A stretch of 25,213 nucleotides of DNA from an uncultured virus (IMG/VR IMGVR_UViG_2744054782_000001). Its lineage: Duplodnaviria > Heunggongvirae > Uroviricota > Caudoviricetes. The stretch lies in IMG/VR virus record IMGVR_UViG_2744054782_000001. One strand, written 5' to 3'. Both the position numbers and the translations under genes were made by a program. Shown piece by piece: positions 24,665 to 25,213 of this stretch (its first letter is position 1; every line of letters starts with the position of its first letter). The notes below the pieces were generated by a model that saw only the letters and a program-made list of their open reading frames with translations, had not been told where the DNA came from and made no database searches.

Positions 24665-25213
24665 ATGAATTATCTAATCGACAGGTCTGGTGCCTTGATA
24701 GGCCCGGTAGAGTTTCCGGTTATTCCCGGATTCGGAACCCAGTTACCAGGTAATGCGGTTGAGCTTGATACTGAGCTACCGCCAGCCAGCGAAGGGCAAG
24801 CGTGGGGCTGGACCGATGAAGGGCCGCAGGAGCTGCCTGACCAAAGAGGCACGGTATATAAGATCGATTCAGGGGAATCGCAGGAGTGGGTGCTACTGGG
24901 GGAGCTGCCGTCTGGCATAACTACTCAGCCTAAGCCTGGTCGGTACTATGTGTGGCTGGAGGACGCGTGGAGGCTGGATAAGAGCGCCGAGCTTGAGGGC
25001 GTGACGAAAGACGCCCAAGCAAAGCGCTCAGCGCTCATGGCATATGCTGGAAGCCAGATAGCGCCGCTGCAGGATGCGGTAGACCTGAAGCTGGCCACTG
25101 ATGTCGAGAAGGCCCTCTACGACGCTTGGCGGCTCTACCGCGTGCTACTCAACCGTGTAGAACAGCAAGAAGGATTCCCAAGCGACATTAATTGGCCGGT
25201 TCAGCCTGGTTGA
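24665..25213 (+). CDS. Tail fibre assembly chaperone (Tfa family)
   Basis: GAGG RBS; D.RG.VY, LGELP, IAPLQDAVDL and W..YRV.LNRV..Q.GFP..I.WP..P motifs. Confidence 0.93.
   Translation: MNYLIDRSGALIGPVEFPVIPGFGTQLPGNAVELDTELPPASEGQAWGWTDEGPQELPDQRGTVYKIDSGESQEWVLLGELPSGITTQPKPGRYYVWLEDAWRLDKSAELEGVTKDAQAKRSALMAYAGSQIAPLQDAVDLKLATDVEKALYDAWRLYRVLLNRVEQQEGFPSDINWPVQPG

Larger units (their letters stand above)
1..25213 (+). mobile_element. Late (lysis/head/tail) region of a Mu-like myoviral prophage; both phage ends lie outside the window
   Basis: Contiguous, translationally coupled genes in Mu order: lysis, gp25/26, terS, terL, portal, F, G, I, T, gp35-38, sheath, tube, chaperone, tape measure, N, P, gp45-48, fibre, fibre chaperone. 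Confidence 0.96.

Noticed and set aside
464..24918. Numerous minus-strand and alternate-frame ORFs overlapping structural genes
   Set aside because: Expected shadow ORFs in GC-rich coding DNA, with no RBS or recognisable motifs.
13777..25213. Tailocin or contractile injection system
   Set aside because: Terminase, portal, protease and capsid genes are present and in frame, so this is a phage.

Overview
The window holds the late region of a Mu-like (transposable-family) prophage with a contractile tail, most likely from a Pseudomonas host (inferred from GC-rich codon use and tail-fibre style). Almost everything is on the + strand in Mu gene order: lysis cassette (holin, lytic transglycosylase, Rz/Rz1 spanins, TraR/DksA-like, gp25/gp26-like), terminase S/L, portal, MuF, gpG, protease/scaffold, capsid, neck, sheath, tube, frameshifting tail chaperone, tape measure, DNA circularisation protein, baseplate, tail fibre and fibre chaperone. 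Four AT-richer accessory genes (morons) interrupt this order. No transposase, repressor, phage end or CRISPR array is visible. The most notable observations are: (1) a 362-aa Abi-alpha-like plus TIR-like moron at the gpG-protease site where related phages carry anti-CRISPR genes; (2) an antisense ORF that runs stop-free across a moron and links terS to terL through two ATGA overlaps; (3) an apparent 34-bp insertion that moves the putative Rz C-terminus into the Rz1 frame; (4) two identically spaced late-promoter motifs predicting leaderless, hairpin-gated translation; (5) a recurring A[LV]Nx[DE] candidate head-protease cleavage motif. All family calls come from motif recognition and synteny; no database search was run.
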